DNA of 64,000 nt from the IMG/VR virus record IMGVR_UViG_3300003309_000009, positions 47,859 through 111,858 of that record. The stretch is one strand, 5' to 3'. The notes beneath the pieces are model-generated. The model searched no databases, was not told where the DNA came from, and saw only the letters and a program-made list of their open reading frames with translations. Shown piece by piece: positions 18,583-28,535 of the stretch. Source of the stretch: a virus. The translations under genes and the position numbers were made by a program. Numbering within the stretch: the first letter of the stretch is position 1; the number at the start of each line of letters is the position of its first letter.

Positions 18583-19404
18583 TTATAGGGGGTATTTAAG
18601 ACGAACCTGATATTGGTCCTCGACCGCAGCCAGTGCCGCATCTTCAAAACTATTTTTGTCGTTCATGGCAAATGAGATATCTATATTAGAATTATTATCA
18701 CCACAGTTGTAGTCCATAGTACCTTTGCCGGGTGTTAATACAGGCTCCTCGCTAATGACATGATATCTATAACCTGTTACATTAAACCACCTCGAGTACC
18801 TTAATGTGACATTGTACTTAATTACAGTTAGAGTAACTTCTGTTTCAGGATATTCGTCATGTGCTGGAACAGTGCCAACAATGACCTTCCTACTGTCCTC
18901 TTCAGAAATATATTCATGACGGCCTTTTAACACATCCTCCGGTACAAAGCTATAATCCCACCCACGATGGGTGGAGAAGCCACCCTGGTCATGCCACCAG
19001 TAAAAACCACAGTGTTCCAAAGTTAACCGAAAGCCAAACTCCCGACCATGGTAACCATCTCTTTGAATCCAGCGGTGGAGTCGGGTGACAGGACCATCCA
19101 TTGAGAATCTAAAGCGCACTAACCATGGAATGGCTACGCAAAAGACAAACGTATCTTCAAAATCATCACCAATAACAACCTTGAGAGCAAGGGCATCATT
19201 CTTAGTGGAGAATATATTGAGAGAAACATCAAGGCTCCTACCACTTTGGCTATAATGAAGAATAAGTCGTTCATTTCTTACCATCTGAAACCAGACGCCT
19301 TCACCAAGTTTGCGAAGAGGGATGTTTATCATATTCGCCAGGAATAGAACAACATTAAATAGTCCAGAACGGACTAAGGTAAATGGGTTGATTATTTTCA
19401 TCAA
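18583..19404 (-). CDS. Hypothetical phage protein
   Basis: 273 aa, aromatic-rich, C-terminal PGKGxxxYxCGD motif that I recall from uncharacterised proteins of unrelated phages. Confidence 0.75.
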   Translation of the reverse strand: MMKIINPFTLVRSGLFNVVLFLANMINIPLRKLGEGVWFQMVRNERLILHYSQSGRSLDVSLNIFSTKNDALALKVVIGDDFEDTFVFCVAIPWLVRFRFSMDGPVTRLHRWIQRDGYHGREFGFRLTLEHCGFYWWHDQGGFSTHRGWDYSFVPEDVLKGRHEYISEEDSRKVIVGTVPAHDEYPETEVTLTVIKYNVTLRYSRWFNVTGYRYHVISEEPVLTPGKGTMDYNCGDNNSNIDISFAMNDKNSFEDAALAAVEDQYQVRLKYPL

Positions 19405-19412
19405 ATATTTCC

Positions 19413-20348
19413 TTAAATTAAACTGACAATTTCAGACTCTGCTAATTCTAATAACTCTTTGCGGGTTTTAAGACCGAAGATTTTGGTACTGTACTTATTA
19501 TCTTTGGTAGGCCACTCCCTTCTTAACTCAGTAAAGCCGAAAACTCGATATACTAATTTTACACCCACAAATAAATCTGTACCGGGAACCCACTTTAATT
19601 TTTTACCTTTATATTGAATGGTAATAAACGGATTTTTAAGCTTAGTGGGATTTAATAAATTGTGTAAAGTTAGCTCACGGGGAATTTTTTTATTGGGGCG
19701 ATACTTCTTCAGAACACGTTGTATCACAAAAGGATTGTGTCTGATAGCCAGTTTCATTTCACAGTCATGACTTTTAACTTTATGGATCTTTAACCTACCA
19801 TCATGGATATCAACAACCGTCAATCTACAGATGTTTGTGAATAGACCATCACCAGTATTACCATAAGAGGAGTAAAGTGTTTGAGTGAGTGAGAATTTCG
19901 GACTCTCAAGCCGAACACTGCCGTCTGGAGTAAATCGCTTAATAGGGGATCCATCTGTAAGACGCTGTCCGTTGTTCCAAAATTTCTGGACAATAATGCA
20001 TACTGGGGCAAATCCGGGTGACTTGAATACGTCTCGATAGTGTGGTCTTTTAATACGTGGTCTTTTAATTTTTACCATACCACCGCTAGTCCAGTGACCC
20101 TGAGCGTTGATAGTCGTCACCGTGTCCTTGGAAATCAATTGCCAGTATGGTAGTGTCATGGCAACTTTCCATGGTTCAACTAAAATACTGCCTTCGGGAT
20201 GATTCATTCTAACAAGGCCATCTTTGTTAGGTTTAATTTCCTTACCTGTTCGACCATTATAAATTTGTACTCGGTCCTCGTCTGTATAGGCAAAATAATG
20301 ACTCTTTCTACCATTACGAATAATAGTATTTTCCACTAAATATTCCAT
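19413..20348 (-). CDS. Basic protein, possibly a degenerate NUMOD4/HNH-endonuclease-derived DNA-binding protein
   Basis: K/R-rich. RVQIYNGRTGKEIKPNKDGLVRM resembles NUMOD4/HNH N-termini, but no intact H-N-H motif was seen. Confidence 0.45.
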   Translation of the reverse strand: MEYLVENTIIRNGRKSHYFAYTDEDRVQIYNGRTGKEIKPNKDGLVRMNHPEGSILVEPWKVAMTLPYWQLISKDTVTTINAQGHWTSGGMVKIKRPRIKRPHYRDVFKSPGFAPVCIIVQKFWNNGQRLTDGSPIKRFTPDGSVRLESPKFSLTQTLYSSYGNTGDGLFTNICRLTVVDIHDGRLKIHKVKSHDCEMKLAIRHNPFVIQRVLKKYRPNKKIPRELTLHNLLNPTKLKNPFITIQYKGKKLKWVPGTDLFVGVKLVYRVFGFTELRREWPTKDNKYSTKIFGLKTRKELLELAESEIVSLI

Positions 20349-20370
20349 AAGAATTTAATCCTACATTAAT

Positions 20371-20397
20371 TCACAATATATGTGATTTCAATTTTTT
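20371..20397 (-). promoter_or_regulatory. Candidate early promoter or operator (TCACA-ATATA-TGTGA dyad plus T-tract)
   Basis: Lies between a terminator and the 19413..20348 operon and resembles the 46.7 kb and 55.3 kb motif. Confidence 0.4.
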
Positions 20398-20404
20398 CCA
20401 ACAT

Positions 20405-20430
20405 AAAAGGGATCCGAAAGGATCCCTTTA
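20405..20430 (-). terminator. Intrinsic terminator
   Basis: AAAGGGATCC-GAAA-GGATCCCTTT; the same stem-loop core occurs at 54450-54469. Confidence 0.85.
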
Positions 20431-20802
20431 TAAACAGGCATTAATACCCAATAGCTTCGGAATTAACTGATCATAGACATGTATTAAACACTTGGCATCT
20501 TCTTTAACACCGCGCATAATACAGTACGATCTAACATCAGTAAATCCCGCAATAGTGCATATCGATATTACATCTTCTTTCCTTTCGTAGACATAGATAT
20601 CCAACAGACCTTTATCAGTAAACCGATATTCAACCCGTTGAAGATACACACTACCTATAGACCCAGTCATTTCTACATCGATAATCTCCAGCTCTTTAAA
20701 AATCCAATTATCTCTAAAGAGCATAAGGACAATGAAAAGCCAGGTGATGAACAACTGAACCAATATAGGTCGTTTAACACCCCCTTCCTCAATTGCCTTC
20801 AT
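20428..20802 (-). CDS. Small single-pass membrane protein with Cys residues
   Basis: TM segment ILVQLFITWLFIVLMLF; ISICT motif like 17306..17674. Confidence 0.65.
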   Translation of the reverse strand: MKAIEEGGVKRPILVQLFITWLFIVLMLFRDNWIFKELEIIDVEMTGSIGSVYLQRVEYRFTDKGLLDIYVYERKEDVISICTIAGFTDVRSYCIMRGVKEDAKCLIHVYDQLIPKLLGINACL

Positions 20803-20884
20803 AGCTAATCATCCCGTGCGAGTGTAACCAAGGTAGATAAGAAGAGTCTATCATAGACCACCTATTACCTATAGAATTGGCTCT

Positions 20885-21637
20885 CTACCGTACTAATTCG
20901 TAAATACGTCGCTTAATACCTACGTAAGTATTGCTGCATACATTTCGACAACACAGTGCGATTTGCAAAGCGTGAACCTGCTTCTCGTCACGACCATGCT
21001 TTGAGACATGTTCCTCTGATAATACTCGAGAGATGTTTTTCTCTAAACATAGCCAGTTATCCTCATCAAGATGACGAACACAAGTGATCAGTTGATAGGC
21101 TACTTCAATGGAGAAGTTTAACTCAACGTATTTATTTAAATAGTCTCTAGGGATATCATGGTAGCGGTTGTAAATATCCACAACTCCCTTCCAGCCAAAT
21201 TTTGAGTAGGTATAATCAAGTATCCCAACCAATTCACTTTTATCAATTTGAAGACGAGCAGCATTTAAATAATTCAAAATGTCATTTAACTCGGCACCAA
21301 AAAGCTCTAGGGGTGATGAATTTTCTTTGAAATTAACCCACGGATGTGTATGGTAGCGCTCTAGTATCTTTCTTTCACTATCCGTTGTTAACGGGGAGCG
21401 ATAAAGGTAGTCGATCGCCAACTGACACTCGGTACTTTGTGGGAGGTTATTATGAAGACACTCTTGTGTATTGTTAATGACCATTGAAACCTCAAAGTCA
21501 TTAAGGCGCTCATGTGGCATAAGTTTCCCCATCAGGCCCCGTCTATTTGAGACAGAGACAATTGGAGGACCTAAGGTCTTAAGATACTTTTCCTGCATCA
21601 GTTTGCCATGGATATTCTTATCCTTCATTGCTCTCAC
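20885..21637 (-). CDS. Helical hypothetical protein, paralog of 21618..22325
   Basis: Shares RSPLxT, DY...(K/R)(F/Y)GW..VV.IY and A(Y/F)(Q/H)L(I/L)T.VR.L with its neighbour. Confidence 0.75.
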   Translation of the reverse strand: MRAMKDKNIHGKLMQEKYLKTLGPPIVSVSNRRGLMGKLMPHERLNDFEVSMVINNTQECLHNNLPQSTECQLAIDYLYRSPLTTDSERKILERYHTHPWVNFKENSSPLELFGAELNDILNYLNAARLQIDKSELVGILDYTYSKFGWKGVVDIYNRYHDIPRDYLNKYVELNFSIEVAYQLITCVRHLDEDNWLCLEKNISRVLSEEHVSKHGRDEKQVHALQIALCCRNVCSNTYVGIKRRIYELVR

Positions 21638-22325
21638 CTCTGTCTTCTAAACGCGCATCAACATAAGTAATCATTTTCTCAACTGCTACTTTGTTAAAGC
21701 GACGAATTTCTTGGTTATGAATAAGTGCTAATTTTAAGGACTTTAAGGTCTCTAGGTTTGTACACTCATCTTCAATCACCTGTTCAGCCATTGTATCCAA
21801 CACATCTGTACCTAAAATACGAACACGTGTTAGTAAATGAAAGGCCAATGGTGTTGGACATGTAACATACTTTAGCAAATCTATCAATGGTCTACGGGAT
21901 AACTCGAGGTTCCATTCATAGATTTTAACAACAGTTTCCCAGCCATACCGATCTGTTACATAGTCGATAAATACCTCTAACCGCTCAACATCAACATGAG
22001 GGGTGATGTATGTACCAATCTTTATGCAGTCTTGTTGACTCATGTGAACATGGTCGCTAACTACTGAGGTCAGATCTTCATTTCTCTTTCTATGATCTGG
22101 GAACCCTAGTTCCTCATCCTCAATATCTACAAAGCCAATCTGCTCATGTGTGGTAAATAGCGGCGAGCGGATTATTGCACTAATGATAGATTTGTTGATA
22201 AGGTCCAAAGATACCGCCTTTGGATTAGCTAACATTTTTTCAATGGCAACTGGGTCGAGCTTCCACAGGGCATCTGCTGTTGCATTAGTAAATAGCGTAT
22301 AACGCTCTAAATCTTCAGTCTTCAT
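21618..22325 (-). CDS. Helical hypothetical protein, paralog of 20885..21637
   Basis: Same shared motifs; the two genes overlap by 20 nt. Confidence 0.75.
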   Translation of the reverse strand: MKTEDLERYTLFTNATADALWKLDPVAIEKMLANPKAVSLDLINKSIISAIIRSPLFTTHEQIGFVDIEDEELGFPDHRKRNEDLTSVVSDHVHMSQQDCIKIGTYITPHVDVERLEVFIDYVTDRYGWETVVKIYEWNLELSRRPLIDLLKYVTCPTPLAFHLLTRVRILGTDVLDTMAEQVIEDECTNLETLKSLKLALIHNQEIRRFNKVAVEKMITYVDARLEDRGESNEG

Positions 22326-22350
22326 ACATTCCTTCCAGGGTACAAAAAAT

Positions 22351-22377
22351 AAAAGGGCCCTTAGTAAGGGTCCTTTT
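22351..22377 (-). terminator. Intrinsic terminator
   Basis: AAAAGGGCCCTT-AGT-AAGGGTCCTTTT. Confidence 0.75.
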
Positions 22378-22401
22378 ACTGGTTCATTTTAAATGGAGCT
22401 A

Positions 22402-23514
22402 TTACTGCTCAACACCACCTTCAGTGTCTACAGTACCACCTTCATCTTCTGCGTTTGGATCATCTACCACAAGTGTATCCATGGCACTTGCGTTGGCGGT
22501 ACCCATCGTTGCTTGCTGTTGAATGAATTCTGCACGCTGTTCAGATAAATAAGCTACCACACGCTCAGATTGTAGAACTAACAAGAGTTCATCGATACGC
22601 TCGGCATCACCATTAGATAGCGAGTGAATATTTTGAACCACCACATCAATTTCTTCTTCTTTGGCAGCTTCGTCGTTAGCTACGGTTTCAAGATGCTCTT
22701 CTGTAAGGATCTTAGGGAAGCGCAATGCTAACACCGCATTAGTTAACCACTTATGACGATCAGCAACAGTGGTTACCAGCTCAACAACCGCATTTGGTGA
22801 TAGTAGTGGATTTGAAAACACCACCGTCATCAAAATAGGCGCAATATCAGAAATTTCACAAAGCTCTTCAACAATAGTGTCTTCTGGCAAAGACGCAGGT
22901 GTGCCACAGGCATAGATGTGATTGATTGCGGTCATAACACCACTGAATTCTACTTCGGCAGCCGCAATCTTAGTTTGAAGTTCCATGCTCTCGTTGTTAA
23001 GACGAGTCAATAAGTCCATGTCTTGATTTTCTTGCTCTGGGTTATCTTCAACATGCTTCATCCACTCAGCTTCAATTTCATTGATTCGAGCAGCATGTGC
23101 ATCAGACTCAGTCAAACCACGATCAGCTTCAACCGCCCACTCTAACACGGTATGGCGAAACTTAGCCATCTGTACATCACTGGCGTGACGCTGTAGGTGG
23201 GTGTAAAGGCGAGCAATACCATCGGCATTATGTTCACCGGCCTGAGTAGGTGATACCCACTGAGGCATTTCTTCGGCACTGATATTTGAAATAGCTTCAA
23301 CAATGTGTTCGATTACAAATGGACCACTAACTAACCAACGGGCTTTTTCAGAAATTGGAGCTTCTAACAACATTGTTTCAATTTGGTGTCGCACCGCTAC
23401 GTGATGAGGCTCATCCCAGTTACCAAAGTCAGCAGAGTAATCGCTTAGTAGTGTAGCAAGGATATCTGAAACGTTTGTCTGGGTTGAGATTTTCTCGAGT
23501 AAAAATTCACTCAT
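22402..23514 (-). CDS. Acidic helical hypothetical protein, monocistronic
   Basis: 370 aa with RBS AAGGA, a class B promoter motif upstream and its own terminator downstream. Confidence 0.8.
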   Translation of the reverse strand: MSEFLLEKISTQTNVSDILATLLSDYSADFGNWDEPHHVAVRHQIETMLLEAPISEKARWLVSGPFVIEHIVEAISNISAEEMPQWVSPTQAGEHNADGIARLYTHLQRHASDVQMAKFRHTVLEWAVEADRGLTESDAHAARINEIEAEWMKHVEDNPEQENQDMDLLTRLNNESMELQTKIAAAEVEFSGVMTAINHIYACGTPASLPEDTIVEELCEISDIAPILMTVVFSNPLLSPNAVVELVTTVADRHKWLTNAVLALRFPKILTEEHLETVANDEAAKEEEIDVVVQNIHSLSNGDAERIDELLLVLQSERVVAYLSEQRAEFIQQQATMGTANASAMDTLVVDDPNAEDEGGTVDTEGGVEQ

Positions 23515-23582
23515 GTTTATTTCCTTTTAGAGGGTTTTAATTAAGATCTTAAGTATTGGACATAATGTCCATCACCAGTTAG

Positions 23583-23591
23583 ATAATGTAC
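23583..23591 (-). promoter_or_regulatory. Class B promoter core GTACATTAT
   Basis: Shares TAGATAATGTACGA (plus strand) with 11904-11917. Confidence 0.5.
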
Positions 23592-23635
23592 GATTATCTT
23601 TTAACTGATTACAATAGATTACTGAATTAAATCAA

Positions 23636-23669
23636 AAATAAATAGGATCCTGTTGGATCCTATTTATTT
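23636..23669 (-). terminator. Intrinsic terminator ending the gp98-101-like operon
   Basis: AAATAAATAGGATCC-TGTT-GGATCCTATTTATTT. Confidence 0.85.
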
Positions 23670-25003
23670 TCACGTCTTGCATGGATAAGTAATTTAGTAT
23701 TAGTAACGTAGCGAATATCAGTGGGACTATTCTGGGCCTTCTTAGTTACAGAGTGTTCCCCCAGCAGTGTCCCGTATATTGACCTTAATGTACCAGCCAC
23801 CATATAAAGAATCTTAACTGGCATTCCCGGATATAGTAGATTAGTATTACTATTCTCCCAGAGCACTGATATGGTAGACGCTAATCCTTCAGTAACAATG
23901 CTGGATAACCGGTAAGGGTTATCCGTTTGCAAAGTCTTATCTATGATAAAATTATTTAATCCATCCGGTCTTTTCTCAACAGCTTTACTAACGCGGTTTC
24001 TACCTGCGGTAATAACAGGAACACCTTTATCCTGCTTAAAGAATAAATCGATAAGGTGGGACGCTTTAGTGTAACGATATCCATTACCAATGTTCTGAAG
24101 AAATACTTCAGAGCTATCACTGTGGTTAATACCATCCATTGCTACAACAAAGAGATTATCACCTTCTTCAACATACGAAGCCTCTGAGGATGAGATATCT
24201 TTCGCTGGTAGTCCCAGAATAGTTAGTGTTTTCTTTTCCTTAGCAAACCGAGTATAATCACGTGTAGGAAATATATACCAACAGCCGTTTCTAAAATAGC
24301 GACTAATTCCACTAGAATAAACACCGTATTTATTTTGTAAATATTCTGGAAGATCTGGTAGTTTTATCCCATTAGGGATCACAACAGTCCGATAATCCGT
24401 ATCATTAGATGCATTGAACATTTCGACAGATAGAGATTTACCGCCTAAGGATTTTAATGGCTGTGAGAATAATCCCTGTAATATCGTGTTCATGTTTAAA
24501 GGTATTCGATCACCTCTAAACACTCCAGCAAGTTCAAAGCTAGCAAATTCATCTAACCCAAGTTCAGTTAACTGGAAATCAATTCTAACATTAGAATTAA
24601 TATCCTCCCTAGTCGTCCCTGAATCGCTATCACTGGCCATTGTAATAGAAGGTGATGTAGTTACACTAAGATGTGCTTTAAAGGTCTTAGAGCGGCTTAC
24701 AGAGCTTTCTATGATACGTTCTTGGTCACCCAAAAGAGTTTTGGTTAATCTTAGTCGTAAATTATTACGATTAGGCTCAATGAGTGTTCGAAATGTACTA
24801 AGTGGAAACGTTGTTGTAATAACAATGTTATCCTCCATAGCCTGCCCTGCCCAAGAGCCTGATCTAATCAATTCCAAAACATCTCCAGCGGGCACTACTT
24901 TATCACCGATTAAAATCTCAGCATTAAAATTCCAGAAGACCGGGCGGGTTCCGCGAAAGGTCTTTACCACTCGGTCATAAATTACAGAGTCATCAAGTAG
25001 CAT
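23660..25003 (-). CDS. Virion protein (gp101-like), probable baseplate hub
   Basis: 447 aa; IPNGIKLPDLPEYLQNKYGVYSSG and LYPGMPVKILY motifs; last gene of a four-gene structural operon. Confidence 0.65.
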   Translation of the reverse strand: MLLDDSVIYDRVVKTFRGTRPVFWNFNAEILIGDKVVPAGDVLELIRSGSWAGQAMEDNIVITTTFPLSTFRTLIEPNRNNLRLRLTKTLLGDQERIIESSVSRSKTFKAHLSVTTSPSITMASDSDSGTTREDINSNVRIDFQLTELGLDEFASFELAGVFRGDRIPLNMNTILQGLFSQPLKSLGGKSLSVEMFNASNDTDYRTVVIPNGIKLPDLPEYLQNKYGVYSSGISRYFRNGCWYIFPTRDYTRFAKEKKTLTILGLPAKDISSSEASYVEEGDNLFVVAMDGINHSDSSEVFLQNIGNGYRYTKASHLIDLFFKQDKGVPVITAGRNRVSKAVEKRPDGLNNFIIDKTLQTDNPYRLSSIVTEGLASTISVLWENSNTNLLYPGMPVKILYMVAGTLRSIYGTLLGEHSVTKKAQNSPTDIRYVTNTKLLIHARRENK

Positions 25004-25700
25004 AGAACGAACTCCTTCCCGTATAAATCTCAGCTAGATTATTAAAACTATCTAGTCTGATACCTGGATTAGCATCACTAGGTTTATCCGTTGTTGGATC
25101 ATAAGACGCCTGTGGATTTGCCAAGCTCAATAATTGGTTGAATAATGAACCCGATGTAGAATACCCCATGTATTGATCTGATATTGGTTTTACCCTAGTT
25201 AAAATATCATGGATCTTTTCCATATCATCAGCAGGCGGTGGAGTGTAGTGTGGAGAAGAGTACTTCATATTACTTACCCCGGTTTCATACTCTGAAATTA
25301 TCTCTACAATCCGCACACAGTCTTTAGGATTTGAAATAATAATACTACCAGACTCTTCTAAGATTTGAGCGATTTCCGGTATACTGAAGGTATAACTATT
25401 AAGACTATCATCGGCTAATTCGCTAAATTCCGATTGGTCATAAGTCTCCACAATCCCATGTTGCATCAGACTAAGATGGAATTCATCTTCATTAGTGCTA
25501 ACGTGTTTAATACTTGAACATCGGTTAGATGTAGACACTAATTCCTCCGCCATTGAGCTCTCAGCATCAAATACAGTAGCTTCAACAACATCATGTAAAA
25601 TAACCGCGGATGATAAAGTTGCCCAGCAGGGAAACTTTGTTCTAAACAAAGCCTCCACAGCCTTCGTAAGATCTTTAGCATATATTGATGCTTCTAACAT
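24993..25700 (-). CDS. Conserved protein (gp100-like)
   Basis: Likely start MLEAS at 25700 after AGAGGAA; IIISNPKDCVRIVEII and PPPADDMEKI motifs; synteny. Confidence 0.6.
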   Translation of the reverse strand: MLEASIYAKDLTKAVEALFRTKFPCWATLSSAVILHDVVEATVFDAESSMAEELVSTSNRCSSIKHVSTNEDEFHLSLMQHGIVETYDQSEFSELADDSLNSYTFSIPEIAQILEESGSIIISNPKDCVRIVEIISEYETGVSNMKYSSPHYTPPPADDMEKIHDILTRVKPISDQYMGYSTSGSLFNQLLSLANPQASYDPTTDKPSDANPGIRLDSFNNLAEIYTGRSSFYAT

Positions 25701-25710
25701 AAAACTTCCT

Positions 25711-26916
25711 CTATATGACAATCAGAGCAGCCATCAGAATAGGAATTTGATAAAAACGATCCTTCGAACTAATGGTCTGAAGTGTATTAACAAAGTCCAT
25801 AATTTCAGTAAAGGTAATTGCAGTCTTGTCTATAATTTTCCAAGTAAGTAATTCTAACTCAGATTGATTAGGTTTATCTTTATTATAAAAGGCATCACTA
25901 AAGATATAATTATCACCATCTGTACCAGTCTCAAGTTGTACGCTACCGACTGTAGATGGAAAAATCACACTATCGATTTGTGAAGCCAATAGACTTCTAT
26001 AGACCCAACTGGTACCAAAGATACTGGTATCAATAACATGCATTTGTTTAACACACTGTGGTAACTTCATTACATCCTGATCTGCAATAACATCCCAGAT
26101 AGTCCAAAACTCTTGTCTGAAGATAGTGTTTCTAAGGTCAAACTCTACGACCTCGCTCCAGTCCTTTCTGTATACATCTGGACAGATACGATTCCAAAAA
26201 CCTAGAACAAAGGGATCATAGGTATCATCTAGAGCACCACCATCACTTACTAATATGGTACGCTTATGGATGTTAAAGAACTCTCGGTACCAAAGATCAG
26301 CTAGGCCTTCCATAACTTGTTCTTTTTGGATATTATCGACATGCTGTTGTTCAGACTCTAAACCACCTGTATTTGGATTAAAGTAAAAAGTTAATATCTT
26401 TTTAGTCTCTAATTCCTGTGCAATAGTGGCATCGTCTACTGCTATAAGAGTAAACTCAATTGCAGTGGCAGCGGTTTTAAAATGGTTTAAGCGCCGAGCA
26501 TCGGTAACCGTAAAAATACCCAAGGTACCGTCATCAATCTCCCCAATAAAGGCATCGCCCACCTGTGGCTGTACTGCCGGAGAAACATTAGCTGAACCGG
26601 TAATAGTAACCTGACCTGTTTGAGGATCATTGGTTTGAGATAACTCCCCATCAATCTTTAACTGCATTCCCAGTATTTTAACATACTGCTGTAGGGATGG
26701 ATCATTAATATCCTGTACATTACCTACGGCATCATCCTGACCGATGATTAAGTTGTAATAAGAAACAGACCATGCATTACCTGATAGATTTGGGGTAATA
26801 TCACATTTAACATCTTTGTTTTGATAAACAGAGGCGGTACTTAATGTGGGGGTCTCTGGCTGCCCTGGTGGTGCTACGATACTGACATTATCTTCGTCGT
26901 GATTAAGAAGTGGCAT
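25711..26916 (-). CDS. Virion protein (gp99-like), possible neck/head-closure protein
   Basis: WSVSYYNLIIG, YVKILGMQLKI, PQVGDAFIG and YDPFV motifs; synteny. Confidence 0.6.
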   Translation of the reverse strand: MPLLNHDEDNVSIVAPPGQPETPTLSTASVYQNKDVKCDITPNLSGNAWSVSYYNLIIGQDDAVGNVQDINDPSLQQYVKILGMQLKIDGELSQTNDPQTGQVTITGSANVSPAVQPQVGDAFIGEIDDGTLGIFTVTDARRLNHFKTAATAIEFTLIAVDDATIAQELETKKILTFYFNPNTGGLESEQQHVDNIQKEQVMEGLADLWYREFFNIHKRTILVSDGGALDDTYDPFVLGFWNRICPDVYRKDWSEVVEFDLRNTIFRQEFWTIWDVIADQDVMKLPQCVKQMHVIDTSIFGTSWVYRSLLASQIDSVIFPSTVGSVQLETGTDGDNYIFSDAFYNKDKPNQSELELLTWKIIDKTAITFTEIMDFVNTLQTISSKDRFYQIPILMAALIVI

Positions 26917-28451
26917 TATAATCTCCTAGTGACAACATTTGAATTCATAACTAAGTAAAATCTTTGTGGTGAGAATGTTTCTCGATAATAACGACTCGAT
27001 AGCTTAGTTCGCTGTAATAGATCCTCAACGGTATTCTGATTGACAACGTTATTAGGACCTAGGTTTAAATCTTCCTCAACCACATCGGGATCTAGGGACT
27101 GGAGGATGTATAAGAAATCATCTGGGGAATTTCTTAGACTCTCTAAAATCTCTGGAGATAATTTATCCAGCTGGAATAGTGCTGAAATTCTAAGATAATA
27201 TCTACAGTCTAACTTCATATCAATTGTAGTGGTAACATTCAACTGATCATCCACCTCAATTGGCATCATGACTACAGAATCCGAAACCTCCCAAAGTTCT
27301 AAACGATAGGGGGCAGTATTATTAAACTGTAGTTTATCATGATAAATTTTCATGATATCGCGTACGGGTTGAGGTACCCAATCTAACGAGAAGTCTTCAA
27401 CATTTAAAACCTTTCTATAATCAGTTTCGTCAACAATAATAGGAGCCATGACTATAGTAATACTAGAGCTCTGATAGAAAGGCTTTGGTGGAAGCCAGCG
27501 GTCTTGATTATCAAAGAATGAATCTAATGGACTACGATAGCCAATATCTTTTTCTTTGCTAAACTGCTGGATGCTGCTAGAAAAAGTTCCTACAACATCC
27601 GCACCTAATTCCTCTTTTGCTGGAACTCGCGGTGGGTAAAAATAATTAATGAAGTCTTTACCGATCACCTGGTTATGGACAACCTTTTGGAACTCCAGCT
27701 GTAAGGAGTTAACTAACTCGAACTCTAACTCGTACTCCCACGTGACTTCGTTAATATGTTCTTCACGTTTAGATTCGGGAATACGTGGCTCTGTAGTAAA
27801 CTTACCAAGACAACTTTTATTGAGAACATTAATAGCAGGGGCTATTCGTGTTTCATTTAAATTACTTCTAGTCAACAGACCTTCAGAAAAGTGTGCATAG
27901 AGGTATTCACTTAAGGTACGACCATCAGGTACTTTAGCCTGGGACATGCTGTGAACATCATAGAGGTATGCAATGATTGAATCAGGTAGAGTGTAGTTGT
28001 AGAGGATATCATGGTAGTTGGTTAATTTACGATTAGCCATGTTTCGCTTAATGCGCATTAACCACTGCTTTAATTCGGTATAGCTTTGGTTACGATATCG
28101 GTACTGGAATTTTAACTTGGCCTTGATATACCCAGGGGTGATTCGAATACCTCGTTTTCTGTCAACAAAAATCGGAGGGAATTCCTCCTCAGTAATTCTA
28201 ATATCCATATGCTCTTCATGAGGCTCTTCCTCATAATCAACAAATAGATGATCACTGTTTGAAAGTTCTAGGTGTGTACCCGTTAATGAATTCTTTGCGG
28301 TTTGATTTTTACCAAGATCACCCAGCTCGCCATAACGAATACCTTTTACATCAACACCTGTAAGTTGGACTAAATCATCGGTAACTGATTTTGCTACCAT
28401 TCGTGTTATAGTAGCAAAAACATCATCGATGGGGATAGTAACATGTGGCAT
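26916..28451 (-). CDS. Virion protein (gp98-like)
   Basis: 511 aa, first gene of the operon, starts MPHVTIPI; TATAGC upstream. Confidence 0.6.
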   Translation of the reverse strand: MPHVTIPIDDVFATITRMVAKSVTDDLVQLTGVDVKGIRYGELGDLGKNQTAKNSLTGTHLELSNSDHLFVDYEEEPHEEHMDIRITEEEFPPIFVDRKRGIRITPGYIKAKLKFQYRYRNQSYTELKQWLMRIKRNMANRKLTNYHDILYNYTLPDSIIAYLYDVHSMSQAKVPDGRTLSEYLYAHFSEGLLTRSNLNETRIAPAINVLNKSCLGKFTTEPRIPESKREEHINEVTWEYELEFELVNSLQLEFQKVVHNQVIGKDFINYFYPPRVPAKEELGADVVGTFSSSIQQFSKEKDIGYRSPLDSFFDNQDRWLPPKPFYQSSSITIVMAPIIVDETDYRKVLNVEDFSLDWVPQPVRDIMKIYHDKLQFNNTAPYRLELWEVSDSVVMMPIEVDDQLNVTTTIDMKLDCRYYLRISALFQLDKLSPEILESLRNSPDDFLYILQSLDPDVVEEDLNLGPNNVVNQNTVEDLLQRTKLSSRYYRETFSPQRFYLVMNSNVVTRRL

Positions 28452-28497
28452 CTTCTTTTACCTTTTTAGGACGCTATATACAAAGAGAGTGCGGAAT

Positions 28498-28525
28498 AAA
28501 AGAGTACACTAATGTGTACTCTTTT
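28498..28525 (-). terminator. Intrinsic terminator
   Basis: AAAAGAGTACAC-TAAT-GTGTACTCTTTT. Confidence 0.85.
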
Positions 28526-28535
28526 AAATTTACAA

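Noticed and set aside
20371-20385. TCACA-N5-TGTGA as a host CRP site
   Set aside because: Half-sites are in the opposite order and spacing to the CRP consensus TGTGA-N6-TCACA.
20789-20854. 21-aa ORF (MIDSSYLPWLHSHGMISYEGN) between accessory genes
   Set aside because: Very short, weak SD and no distinguishing features; cannot be supported without translation data.
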